Source: Candidatus Krumholzibacteriota bacterium
Lineage (GTDB): Bacteria; Krumholzibacteriota; Krumholzibacteriia; JAJRXK01
Assembly: GCA_963727455.1 (NCBI GenBank)
Contig: CAVSGG010000014.1
Location: forward strand, 1-61,567
DNA length: 61,567 bases
Reading direction: 5' to 3'
Below the pieces are notes generated by a model. The model saw only the letters and a program-made list of their open reading frames with translations, had not been told where the DNA came from and did not search any database. Below are positions 42,820-51,687 of the stretch, piece after piece; position 1 is the first letter of the stretch; every line of letters starts with the position of its first letter. Made by a program: the position numbers and the translations under genes.

Positions 42820-45096
42820 TTGAGATCGCCGCTGAAAGGTCGGTCCGACGACGAGGCGAAACTGGGCGCTTTTTTGGGCGTCTACACGCCGACGGTGCTC
42901 ACCATCCTCGGCGTCATCATGTACTTGCGTCTCGGTTGGGTCACCGGGCAGGTGGGATTGGCGAAGACGCTTCTGATCGTCGTCATCGCCAATCTCATCA
43001 CCCTCGTTACCACGCTGTCCTTCTCCGCCATCGCCACCAACTTCCGCGTCGGGGTGGGTGGAGCCTATTTCATCATCTCGCGCAGTCTGGGACTCGAATT
43101 CGGGGGAGCGATCGGGCTGCCTCTCTTTCTCTCCCAGGCTTTTTCGGTATCGCTGTACGCCTTTGGATTGGCCGAATCGCTGCGCCTCTTGTGGCCCGGT
43201 GTGCCTCTCCAATTCGTAGCCGTCCTGATCGTGCTCGCGGTGGCAGTGCTCGCTCTGCGCGGCGCGCAGTTGGCATTGAAGGCCCAGCTTCCCATCATGG
43301 CCCTCATCGTCCTTTCGCTGGTCGCGCTCTTGGTCGGCGCTCTCAGCGGACCGAAAGTACAGGCTGAAGTTGCGCAACCCGCGGTTGCCCTCGGCTTCTG
43401 GGCGGTGTTCGCCGTTTTCTTTCCCGCCGTCACCGGGATCATGGCTGGCCTGGGTCTCTCGGGGGACCTGCGCGATCCCATCAAGGCGATTCCACGCGGC
43501 GCGCTGGCGGCCACCATCACCGGCTTCGTGGTCTACTTGCTCATCCCCATGGTCCTGACCCGCGGCGCCACCTCCGAGGCGCTGCGGGAAAATCCCATGA
43601 TCTGGACGAAAATCGCTCCGCTCGGGGTGCTTCTAATCATGCCCGGGTTGTGGGGCGCGATATTTTCCTCGGCTGTCGGTTCCATCCTGGGAGCACCGCG
43701 GACTCTGCAGGCTCTGGCTGCGGATGGGCTGGCCCCCAAGGTCCTGAGACGTAGGCGCGAGGAAAAGGGGGAGCCGGTGAAGGGGCTCCTCGTGGCGCTC
43801 GTCCTCGCTCTCTTGGGGGTGACCCTCGGCGACCTCAACGCAGTGGCTCCGGTCGTCACCATGTTCTTTTTGACGGTGTACGGCATGGTGAACATCGTGG
43901 CCGCCCTGGAGACCATTTCGGGCGATCCCTCGTGGCGGCCGGCCCTCCACGTACCCTGGTGGCTGTGTTTGGCTGCGGGGGTAGGCTGCTTTTGGGTGAT
44001 GTTTCTCATTAACCCCACGGCTGCAATGATCGCGATCGTGATTGAGTTCGTGCTGTGGAGCGCCCTTGCGCGCCGGGAGAAGCGCGCTGGTTGGGGCGAC
44101 GTGCGCCGTGGGGTCTACGAGGCGCTCATTCGCTGGTCGTTGATTCGACTCTCGCACCGCCCGATGACGCCTCGGAATTGGCGCCCCCACGTGCTGGTTT
44201 TCGTCGAGGATCCGGAGCGGCGGCTCGATCTGATTCTCTTTGGCACCTGGTTCAGCCAAGGGCGCGGAGTGGTGACGGTGTGCGAACTCGTGGTCGGAGA
44301 CCTCTTGGGAGAAGACCTCTCGATCGATGAGCGCGAAGAGGACATCCGGCGGACACTGCGGCGCGAGGGCCTGGTGGCCTTCGGAGAAGTGGACGTGGTG
44401 CACGACGTCGTGGCGGGAATCACCAACGTGGCGCAGGCCAACGGCATTGCGGGGCTCGACAGCAACACGATTCTCATCGGCTGGCCGAGAAACCCTGCGC
44501 GTGCGGTGGAGTTCCTGAAGGTAGTGCATCGCATGGAGCACCTGCACAAGTCGGTGGTGATTGGCCGGATTCCTTCGAGAACCGTGGCCAAAGAATACCG
44601 GGAACGCGTCATCCACGTGTGGTGGGGGGGACTGCAGCGCAACAGCGATCTCATGCTGCTCTTGGCGCACTTGATCACATTGAATCCCCAGTGGCGTAAT
44701 GCCCGCATCAAGATTCTGAGTGTCGCCTCCAACGAGCTGATGAAGACCAATACCGAGGCCTATCTGGCCGAGCTGATACCCGCCATCCGCATTTCGGCCG
44801 AGGCCGAGGTGATGCTGCGCCAGAAGGATCGCAAGATTCGCGACATCATCCACGAGGAGAGCGCCGAGGCCGACATCGTCTTCTTGGGGCTCGATCCTCC
44901 ACAGGAAGAGGAGGAGATGGAAGCCTACGTGGAACGACTCAACGAATTGAGTGAGTCACTGCGCACCGTGTTCTTCGTCAAGAACGCCAGCCTCTTCGTG
45001 GGCCAGCTGGTGCAAACCACCGAGGAAGTCGCCGCCGCTACCGAGGAGCAGAGCGAGGAGGAATCGCCGCCCACCGATCCACCGTGCGCTTCCTGA
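42820..45096 (+). CDS. Cation-chloride cotransporter (SLC12/CCC, APC superfamily)
   Basis: GVYTP..LTILGVIMYLR, GGAYFIISRSLG, FFPAVTGIMAG..SGDL, NWRP and VWWG C-terminal domain. Confidence 0.92.
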   Translation: MRSPLKGRSDDEAKLGAFLGVYTPTVLTILGVIMYLRLGWVTGQVGLAKTLLIVVIANLITLVTTLSFSAIATNFRVGVGGAYFIISRSLGLEFGGAIGLPLFLSQAFSVSLYAFGLAESLRLLWPGVPLQFVAVLIVLAVAVLALRGAQLALKAQLPIMALIVLSLVALLVGALSGPKVQAEVAQPAVALGFWAVFAVFFPAVTGIMAGLGLSGDLRDPIKAIPRGALAATITGFVVYLLIPMVLTRGATSEALRENPMIWTKIAPLGVLLIMPGLWGAIFSSAVGSILGAPRTLQALAADGLAPKVLRRRREEKGEPVKGLLVALVLALLGVTLGDLNAVAPVVTMFFLTVYGMVNIVAALETISGDPSWRPALHVPWWLCLAAGVGCFWVMFLINPTAAMIAIVIEFVLWSALARREKRAGWGDVRRGVYEALIRWSLIRLSHRPMTPRNWRPHVLVFVEDPERRLDLILFGTWFSQGRGVVTVCELVVGDLLGEDLSIDEREEDIRRTLRREGLVAFGEVDVVHDVVAGITNVAQANGIAGLDSNTILIGWPRNPARAVEFLKVVHRMEHLHKSVVIGRIPSRTVAKEYRERVIHVWWGGLQRNSDLMLLLAHLITLNPQWRNARIKILSVASNELMKTNTEAYLAELIPAIRISAEAEVMLRQKDRKIRDIIHEESAEADIVFLGLDPPQEEEEMEAYVERLNELSESLRTVFFVKNASLFVGQLVQTTEEVAAATEEQSEEESPPTDPPCAS

Positions 45097-45150
45097 AATA
45101 GTCGAGCCCCGGACTCCATTCCGCGGAACCCCGGGGCCCCAGAGCCGGGT

Positions 45151-45879
45151 TCAGGCCGCCAGGCGCTCGCCCAACTGGCGCAGAAGCCGCGCCCCATCGC
45201 CCTCCCAAGCTGCGCCGTGCATGCACGCCAGGACCCTTGGCGAGGTGAGCGCGAGTTTCTCGGCGAGTGCTCTGACCTCGGTCGTGTGCGAGAAGTAGTC
45301 CATCATGCCGCGCATCTGTTCGCTACTCTCCAGGATGCTCTCCTTGACCAGCGGCTGATGCTCGCTGCCCCCCTGGGTGAAGAGATCGCCGCAAAACAGC
45401 GTCTGCGTCGTAGTCTCGTAGAGATGTCCGCATTCCCACCCGTGGGGGAAGTGGGGAGTGTCGAGCCAGCGCACCACGTGCTTCCCCAAGGAGAGTTCCT
45501 CTCCATCGTTCAGCCCCCGTGCCGGCCGGTCGGCAACGTCGTCGATGCTGACCATCTTGGCGACGGCACCACACAGGGCCTCCGCCTGCGGCGCGAGCGT
45601 TAGAAAGTCATTGAGCGAACCACACTCATCGGCTTCGTAGTGCGAAAAACCGATATAGCGCAATGATTCCGGTGGAATGACGGACGCAATGGCCTCCTTC
45701 ACCAGAGGAAACATCTTGCGCGGACCGGTGTGATAGAGCAGAGGGTCCTCGTCGATCACGAGATACTGGTTGAAGGTGAATCCGCCGGGAACGATCTCCG
45801 GAGGCACCGGAGTGCTGATGCGGTGGATTCCCTCGGCGATTTCGTCGATTCTGGTGCCGCTTTGCAGATTGGTAGTCAT
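45151..45879 (-). CDS. MBL-fold ODP/FprA-like di-iron protein
   Basis: FNQYLV, SHYEADECG, TPH.PH.W, LFCGDLF and MHG. Confidence 0.8.
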   Translation of the reverse strand: MTTNLQSGTRIDEIAEGIHRISTPVPPEIVPGGFTFNQYLVIDEDPLLYHTGPRKMFPLVKEAIASVIPPESLRYIGFSHYEADECGSLNDFLTLAPQAEALCGAVAKMVSIDDVADRPARGLNDGEELSLGKHVVRWLDTPHFPHGWECGHLYETTTQTLFCGDLFTQGGSEHQPLVKESILESSEQMRGMMDYFSHTTEVRALAEKLALTSPRVLACMHGAAWEGDGARLLRQLGERLAA

Positions 45880-46487
45880 GATGATTCGCTCTCCTTCTTT
45901 GCGTTCGTGGTTTGGCTTTCGGAGTCTCCGAGAACGAGCGGGCGAAGGATCGCGAGGAGTTCGTCTCGGGCTTCCTCGGGTGTGAGTCCTCCGGAGAGTC
46001 GAAGGGCTCGATAGCTCAGAAAATCGAGGAGCCCGCGCACGAGGGGGGATTTGCGCGGATTTGCGGGTCGGAGGATTTGAGTGATGGCATCGGCCAGAGC
46101 TTCGTAGGCGGTCATCTCCGCATCCAGGGTGGGGGAGTCGTCACGGAGATGAGCGCTGTGCCAGGCGTAACCGAACATGGCCTCATGGATTCGGCAGAGT
46201 TCGGCGACGCTAGTGGCAAGTCTCTCGGACGGGTCGTCGATCTTTCCCAGAGACTCCAGGTCGGGCAGTGTGAGGGACTCGGCATAGCTGCGCGTGCAGC
46301 TTTGGAAGAGTTCCTCCTTGGTGGGGAAGTGCTTGCGCACCGTCGGCACCGAGCAGCCGGCCTCCTCGGCGAGGGGACCGTACTCGGTGATTCCCTCCCA
46401 ATGGAGCTTGAGGGCTGCCTGCAAGATTCGCTGGCGAGTCCTGGCGGCGGCCCTCTCCCTTCGGCGGTTGTCGTAGCGTCGCGTCAT
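45876..46487 (-). CDS. TetR/AcrR-family transcriptional regulator
   Basis: TRQRILQAA..AEEAGCSVPTVRKHFPTKEEL HTH; ATGA coupling to the downstream gene. Confidence 0.9.
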   Translation of the reverse strand: MTRRYDNRRRERAAARTRQRILQAALKLHWEGITEYGPLAEEAGCSVPTVRKHFPTKEELFQSCTRSYAESLTLPDLESLGKIDDPSERLATSVAELCRIHEAMFGYAWHSAHLRDDSPTLDAEMTAYEALADAITQILRPANPRKSPLVRGLLDFLSYRALRLSGGLTPEEARDELLAILRPLVLGDSESQTTNAKKESESS

Positions 46488-46489
46488 GG

Positions 46490-46605
46490 AGAGAGAATAT
46501 ACAAATAATAATCTTAGGACAATATTAAATATCGTAAAAATATAATAAAACTAGTCGTCAATATAATAGGTTATTAAATAATGAGTTAAAAAGGAACTGG
46601 GTTTC
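46490..46605 (-). promoter_or_regulatory. AT-rich promoter/operator region of the TetR-MBL operon
   Basis: Abrupt AT-rich island; TTGACG on the minus strand; imperfect palindrome at 46514-46537. Confidence 0.55.
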
Positions 46606-46639
46606 AGCCGCCAGGGCAAGCGGGCCGCTCCGGGAGAGC

Positions 46640-47290
46640 TCAGTCCAGGGAGCTCAGGCCCTCACGGATCGCGTACTTCGTGAGTTCCGCCACCGAGTGG
46701 ATCTCCAGCTTGTCCATGATCTGCTTGCGGTGGCTCTCGACGGTCTTCACCGAGAGATGTAGCTCACTGGCGATCTCCTTGGTCGCCCTTCCCGCGGCGA
46801 GAAGTTGCAGGACCTCTCGTTCGCGTGCGCTGAGCAGGGCGAAGGCGCTTCCCTCGTCGACCTCGGCGAGACGGATATAGTCCTTGATGACCTGTTCGCT
46901 CACGAGAGGACTGAGGTACAGGTGGCCGTCTCTTACTTCCCGGATCACGTCGATCAACTCACTAAAACCGGCTTCCTTCAGCACGTAGGCCACGGCTCCG
47001 GCACGGAGCGCTTCGATCACGTAGCGCCGGTCGCTGTGCATGGAGAGCACGATGATCCGCGTCGAGCGGCTGGACTCATGCAGCCGCCTGGCGACTTCGA
47101 TGCCATGCAGGCCGGGCATGGCCAGGTCCAGAATGAGGATTTCGGGCTTCAGGCGGGTGACCAGATCGATGGCCTCCAGGCCGTCCTGTGCTTCCCCGAC
47201 CACTTCAAAATCGGAGCGTGCCACAAGAAGCGCCCGCAACCCGTCCCGGAAGATCTGATGGTCGTCGGCCACCACGATTCTCACGCTCAC
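46640..47290 (-). CDS. NarL/NreC-family response regulator
   Basis: VADDH, LDLAMP, LSMH and LSAREREVL..LSVKTVESHR LuxR HTH. Confidence 0.95.
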   Translation of the reverse strand: MSVRIVVADDHQIFRDGLRALLVARSDFEVVGEAQDGLEAIDLVTRLKPEILILDLAMPGLHGIEVARRLHESSRSTRIIVLSMHSDRRYVIEALRAGAVAYVLKEAGFSELIDVIREVRDGHLYLSPLVSEQVIKDYIRLAEVDEGSAFALLSAREREVLQLLAAGRATKEIASELHLSVKTVESHRKQIMDKLEIHSVAELTKYAIREGLSSLD

Positions 47291-48399
47291 GCCGGCTCCT
47301 TCTTCACGAGGGGGGCGATGAGTCGCACCCGGGTGCCCTTTCCCGATGCCCCTTCCAACTCGAGCATCCCTCCGAGCTGGCGCAGGCGTTCCTCGATGCT
47401 GAACAGGCCGAATCGGTGGTCACTTCTGGCGGCGAGAGCCAGCGCCGGATCGAGACCGTTGCCGTCGTCCTCCACGCTCAACTGGAGATTTTCCCCTGGG
47501 CATTCGAGCTCGAGTTTGACCTGCGAGGCCTCGGCGTGTTTGACCACGTTATGCAATAATTCTCGCGCCGAACGGAAATACAGCACGCGCAGATCGTCGG
47601 GCAGGTCCCTGCGACAGCGATCACGCACTTTCACTTTCAGTCCGTGCTTGATCTGCACCTGTTCACCGAGCCACTGAAGCGCGGGGCCCAAACCCAATTC
47701 GTACAGCACGGGAGGACTCAGTTCGAAGGTCAGACTCCGCGTGTAGCTGATGGCTTGATCGACGAGCTTCAGCAGCTCATTGACCGCCGGGTCGTGCCCT
47801 CCGAAAACAGCATCGCCCTGCAATTGCCGCAGACGCGCGCGCACGAAAGCCAGCCCCTGCCCCAAGTGGTCGTGGAGGTCACTGGCGATTTCCCGTCGTT
47901 CGCGTGCCTCGGCCAGACACACTTCACTGGCCAAGCGGCGCAGGTCATTCGTTCGGGAAGCGATCTGGCGTTCGAGCTCTTCGTTGGTTCGCATGATGGC
48001 CGCATTGTCCCGGCGGTGTTGCCAGAATCCGCGGAGCATTTCGGCAAGCGATTGGATCAGATCTCGCTCTTCACGCAGAAATGGGCCCTCGTCAAAGCTG
48101 GGGCGGGCTTCGTGGTAGGCCACTTCCAGAAATCCCTGGCTTCCATCCCGCAGCCGAAATTCTTCACGCTGGGTCCATGGTGTCGATCCATGACCGGCTG
48201 AACCCCAAGCCTTCCCCCCCAATCCCGTCCTGGCCGTCGCGATTTCCGGGTACTGCCAGGCTGCGGGGACCAGGGCGACCACCTGGCTCATAACTACCTC
48301 AACGGAACCTTCGGCGCTCTGGAGTAAGCGCGCCGTGCGGTGGAGGGCAGTCAGCTCCTTCACCCGTTCGTTGAGTTTGTGGTGCAAGACCTCGTGCAT
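47287..48399 (-). CDS. Cytoplasmic HisKA_3 sensor histidine kinase with a GAF-like N-terminus
   Basis: ERREIASDLHDHLGQ H-box; ELLHNVVKHA, VEDDGNG and FGLFSIEER; no TM segment. Confidence 0.92.
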   Translation of the reverse strand: MHEVLHHKLNERVKELTALHRTARLLQSAEGSVEVVMSQVVALVPAAWQYPEIATARTGLGGKAWGSAGHGSTPWTQREEFRLRDGSQGFLEVAYHEARPSFDEGPFLREERDLIQSLAEMLRGFWQHRRDNAAIMRTNEELERQIASRTNDLRRLASEVCLAEARERREIASDLHDHLGQGLAFVRARLRQLQGDAVFGGHDPAVNELLKLVDQAISYTRSLTFELSPPVLYELGLGPALQWLGEQVQIKHGLKVKVRDRCRRDLPDDLRVLYFRSARELLHNVVKHAEASQVKLELECPGENLQLSVEDDGNGLDPALALAARSDHRFGLFSIEERLRQLGGMLELEGASGKGTRVRLIAPLVKKEPA

Positions 48400-48441
48400 A
48401 AAGGGAATCCTAGTCCCCGCGCCCGCCGAGAACAACTCCGC

Positions 48442-48500
48442 TCAGGGATTCCCTGATCCTCGATGGGGGAATCCCCGAGACGATTTCAGGATCGACCTCC
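48442..48500. promoter_or_regulatory. Three phased palindromic boxes, candidate NarL-family regulator sites
   Basis: TCAGGGATTCCCTGA (48442), TGGGGGAATCCCCGA (48464) and TCAGGATCGACCTCC (48486), spaced 22 bp apart. Confidence 0.6.
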
Positions 48501-48599
48501 TTGCGCTCCTCTCTCCGGGGACGGACGCTTCAGATTCGAAATCATGGACAAAGGCGCCATGGAGCGCCTTGGATGGCCACTTCGAGGGAGGTTCTGCTC

Positions 48600-49802
48600 G
48601 TGTTCGATACCGGCAATACTGGCTTCATGTTGCTGGCCACCAGCCTGGTCATGCTGATGACTCCGGGCTTGGCCTTTTTCTACGGCGGTCTGGTTGGCCG
48701 CCGCAACGTCCTGTCGATCATGATCCAGAGCTTCGTCTCGATGGGGATCACGACCATCCTCTGGTACGCCGTGGGATACTCGCTCTGCTTCAGCGGGACC
48801 GGACCCGTCGTGGGAAACCTCGACATGGCCTTTCTGCGCGGAGTCGATCCTAGCAGTGTCTTTGCCGGCAGCCAGATCCCGCTGATCGTCTTCATCGCCT
48901 ACCAGATGATGTTCGCGATCATTACGCCAGCCTTGATCACCGGCGCGTTCAGTAACCGCGTTCGTTTTCCCGCCTACCTGGTCTTCTTGGTTCTGTGGCT
49001 CTTACTCGTCTACTTCCCCTTCGTGCACATGGTCTGGGGAGGGGGAATCCTGCAGCAGTGGGGCGTGCTGGACTTCGCCGGGGGCATCGTGGTGCACAAC
49101 ATCGCGGGGATGGCCGCTTTGGCTTCAGTGCTTTACGTGGGCAAACGCAAGGTCGCCGAGCAGGGACCCCACAGCATTCCGTTGGTGGCGCTGGGGACCG
49201 GCCTGCTGTGGTTCGGTTGGTACGGTTTCAACGCGGGTAGCGAACTCCAGGTGGATGGGGTCACCTCTCTGGCCTTCTTGAACACCGACATTGCGGCCAG
49301 CTTTGCCGCAATCACCTGGCTCGTCATCGAGTGGAATCGAGCGCACAAGCCGCGCTTCGTGGGGCTCTTGACCGGAGCGGTGGCTGGTCTGGCCACCATC
49401 ACTCCCGCCGCGGCCTACGTTCCCATTTGGGCAGCGGCCCTGATCGGTGCCGTTGCCGGTATCGTGTGTTACTGGGCAGTCGAGCTGAAGAACAAATTGG
49501 GATGGGACGACGCGCTCGACGTATGGGGTGTTCACGGCGTTGGCGGAGCTCTGGGCATCGTCATGCTGGGGATCTTCGGCGAGCTCGCGATCAATCCCAA
49601 CGGGGCAAACGGTCTGTTGCATGGGGGTAGCGCGTTTTTCGGCAAGGAACTGGGAGCTGTCGCCATCTCCTCTCTGTATGCCTTCGTCTTCACCTATGTC
49701 ATGCTGTGGTTGATCAACCGTGTCACCGTGGTTCGCACCAGCGAGGAACAACAATCGACCCTCGACGAGTCCCTCCACGGCGAATCGGCGTATCTGACCT
49801 AA
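48600..49802 (+). CDS. amtB: Ammonium transporter Amt
   Basis: LMTPGLAFFYGG, DFAGGIVVH, WFGWYGFN.GS and DDALDVWGVHG twin-His; GTG after GGGAGG. Confidence 0.95.
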   Translation: MFDTGNTGFMLLATSLVMLMTPGLAFFYGGLVGRRNVLSIMIQSFVSMGITTILWYAVGYSLCFSGTGPVVGNLDMAFLRGVDPSSVFAGSQIPLIVFIAYQMMFAIITPALITGAFSNRVRFPAYLVFLVLWLLLVYFPFVHMVWGGGILQQWGVLDFAGGIVVHNIAGMAALASVLYVGKRKVAEQGPHSIPLVALGTGLLWFGWYGFNAGSELQVDGVTSLAFLNTDIAASFAAITWLVIEWNRAHKPRFVGLLTGAVAGLATITPAAAYVPIWAAALIGAVAGIVCYWAVELKNKLGWDDALDVWGVHGVGGALGIVMLGIFGELAINPNGANGLLHGGSAFFGKELGAVAISSLYAFVFTYVMLWLINRVTVVRTSEEQQSTLDESLHGESAYLT

Positions 49803-49815
49803 AAGGAGAGCGCAA

Positions 49816-50835
49816 GTGAAGATCAAGTCTCTGCTCGCGGCGGCGCTGGCCGCCGCGACCTTCCCTCTGGCACAGACGAGTGCCCTGGCCCAGGAGAGAG
49901 AGGAGACCCCGGACACGCAACTGAGTGGCTTCGTCGATGCCAGCTACTTCGAGGAAATCGCCAATCGCGGTGGAGAGTTCGGCTTGGATCAAGTCGAGCT
50001 CGACATCGAGCATCGGGCCAGCAGCAAGACCCTCCTGCGGGCCGATTTGGAATGGGTGAAGGATGGCGAAGATTATTTGGCGCAGGTCGAACAGGCCTAC
50101 ATGCGCTATGACTGCGGCGACGATTGGAGTTTCACCTTCGGTCGATTCAACGCGCCCATTGGATTCGAACTGCTGGATCCCAACGAGATGTACCAGTACA
50201 GCCACGGCTTGGTCTTTGACTACGGTGTACCCACCAATCTCACCGGTCTCATGATCGGCAAGTCCATCGACGAGCACTTCGATGTGGTGGCTTATGGAGT
50301 GAATGGTTGGGAGCAGAATGCCGAGTCCAATCGGGTCAAGACCTACGGTGGTCGTCTCGGTTACTCCACTGAGATCTCCAGCGCAGGATTTTCGCTCATC
50401 AGCGGGAAGGAGGGAGGCGGGGACGATCCCGAATTCAAACGCACCGTATTGGACCTCGACCTGGGTTGCTCGCCGGAGGATTGGGTCTTCGGCGCTGAGC
50501 TCAATCATGGACACGTTAGGCTCATAGACGCCAGTTCCGCAGATTGGCTGGCCGCACTGCTGATGGTGCACCGAGACTTCAACGAGCGGGTGGGATTTAC
50601 CATTCGCTATGATTACTTTGACGACCAAGACGCCTGGGTTTTCGGTCCGGCGGAGGGCCAGGCTCAGAAGCGTCAAGCAATCACGCTTGCTCCCACTTTC
50701 GTTCTGGATGAAGGGCTCGGCGCGCTCATCGAGTTCAGGGTGGATCGCAGCGATCGTGACGCTTTCGTGGACCGCGACGGACAGCCCAGCAAGTCGAGCA
50801 TCTCCATCGCGGCCGAGATGACCTACGCCTTCTGA
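49816..50835 (+). CDS. Outer-membrane beta-barrel porin co-transcribed with amt
   Basis: Signal peptide; LSGFVDA, EQAY, GRF..PIGFE and NGW; C-terminal Y-x-F. Confidence 0.82.
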   Translation: MKIKSLLAAALAAATFPLAQTSALAQEREETPDTQLSGFVDASYFEEIANRGGEFGLDQVELDIEHRASSKTLLRADLEWVKDGEDYLAQVEQAYMRYDCGDDWSFTFGRFNAPIGFELLDPNEMYQYSHGLVFDYGVPTNLTGLMIGKSIDEHFDVVAYGVNGWEQNAESNRVKTYGGRLGYSTEISSAGFSLISGKEGGGDDPEFKRTVLDLDLGCSPEDWVFGAELNHGHVRLIDASSADWLAALLMVHRDFNERVGFTIRYDYFDDQDAWVFGPAEGQAQKRQAITLAPTFVLDEGLGALIEFRVDRSDRDAFVDRDGQPSKSSISIAAEMTYAF

Positions 50836-50889
50836 CAATTCGCAGGGCGTAGGGCAAGCAAGATCGCTTCGCGCCGATGAGCTGATCGG

Positions 50890-51687
50890 ATGCCCGAACT
50901 CCCGGAAGTCGAGACCACGGTTCGTCTGTTGCGGCGAGAGTTGGTGGGACATCGCTTTGAGCGCGTGAGTCTGAAATGGCCGCGTCAATGTCCCACCCCC
51001 GGGGTCATTCGCAGGGAGCTTCCCGGCCGGCGAGTTGCGGCGCTGTCGCGCCGCGGCAAATTCATCCTGGTTCACCTGAGGCCCGCTGACCGCACCCTCT
51101 TGATCCATCTGCGAATGAGCGGTCAGCTGAGCGTACAACGCGCAAGCGTGCCTTCAGACCCTCATGCTCACACCGTCTTCTCTTTGGACGATGGTCTGGA
51201 GCTGCGCTTTTCCGACACGCGCAAGTTCGGCCGCGTATATTTGGTGCGTGATCCTGACGAATTCCTCGCGAGGCTCGGCCCCGAACCGCTGGGTGCCGCC
51301 TTCAATCCGAAGTGGATGCGCGAGCGCTTCGAAGGGCGTAAGCGGGCGATCAAGACCCTTCTGCTCGAGCAGTCGATCGTGGCGGGAATGGGCAACATCT
51401 ACGCGGACGAGAGTCTCTTCCGGGCGCACATCGATCCGCGTCGCTCCGCAAGCAGTTTGAGCTCGCGGGAAATCCGTACTCTGCACTCTGCGATTCGCGC
51501 CGTGCTCGAAGAGGCCATCGAGCATCAGGGCACGAGCTTCGATTGGGTTTACTCCGGCGGGGAGATGCAATCGCGACTACGGGTCTACGGGAGGAGGGAA
51601 CAGCCCTGCGCCACGTGCGGCACGCCGATCGAGCGCATCGTCGTGGGTCAGAGGAGTACCCATTTGTGTCCGCGCTGTCAGCGTTGA
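50890..51687 (+). CDS. mutM: Formamidopyrimidine-DNA glycosylase
   Basis: MPELPEVE, RRGK, HLRMSG, GMGNIYADE and C-terminal CxxC..CxxC zinc finger. Confidence 0.97.
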   Translation: MPELPEVETTVRLLRRELVGHRFERVSLKWPRQCPTPGVIRRELPGRRVAALSRRGKFILVHLRPADRTLLIHLRMSGQLSVQRASVPSDPHAHTVFSLDDGLELRFSDTRKFGRVYLVRDPDEFLARLGPEPLGAAFNPKWMRERFEGRKRAIKTLLLEQSIVAGMGNIYADESLFRAHIDPRRSASSLSSREIRTLHSAIRAVLEEAIEHQGTSFDWVYSGGEMQSRLRVYGRREQPCATCGTPIERIVVGQRSTHLCPRCQR

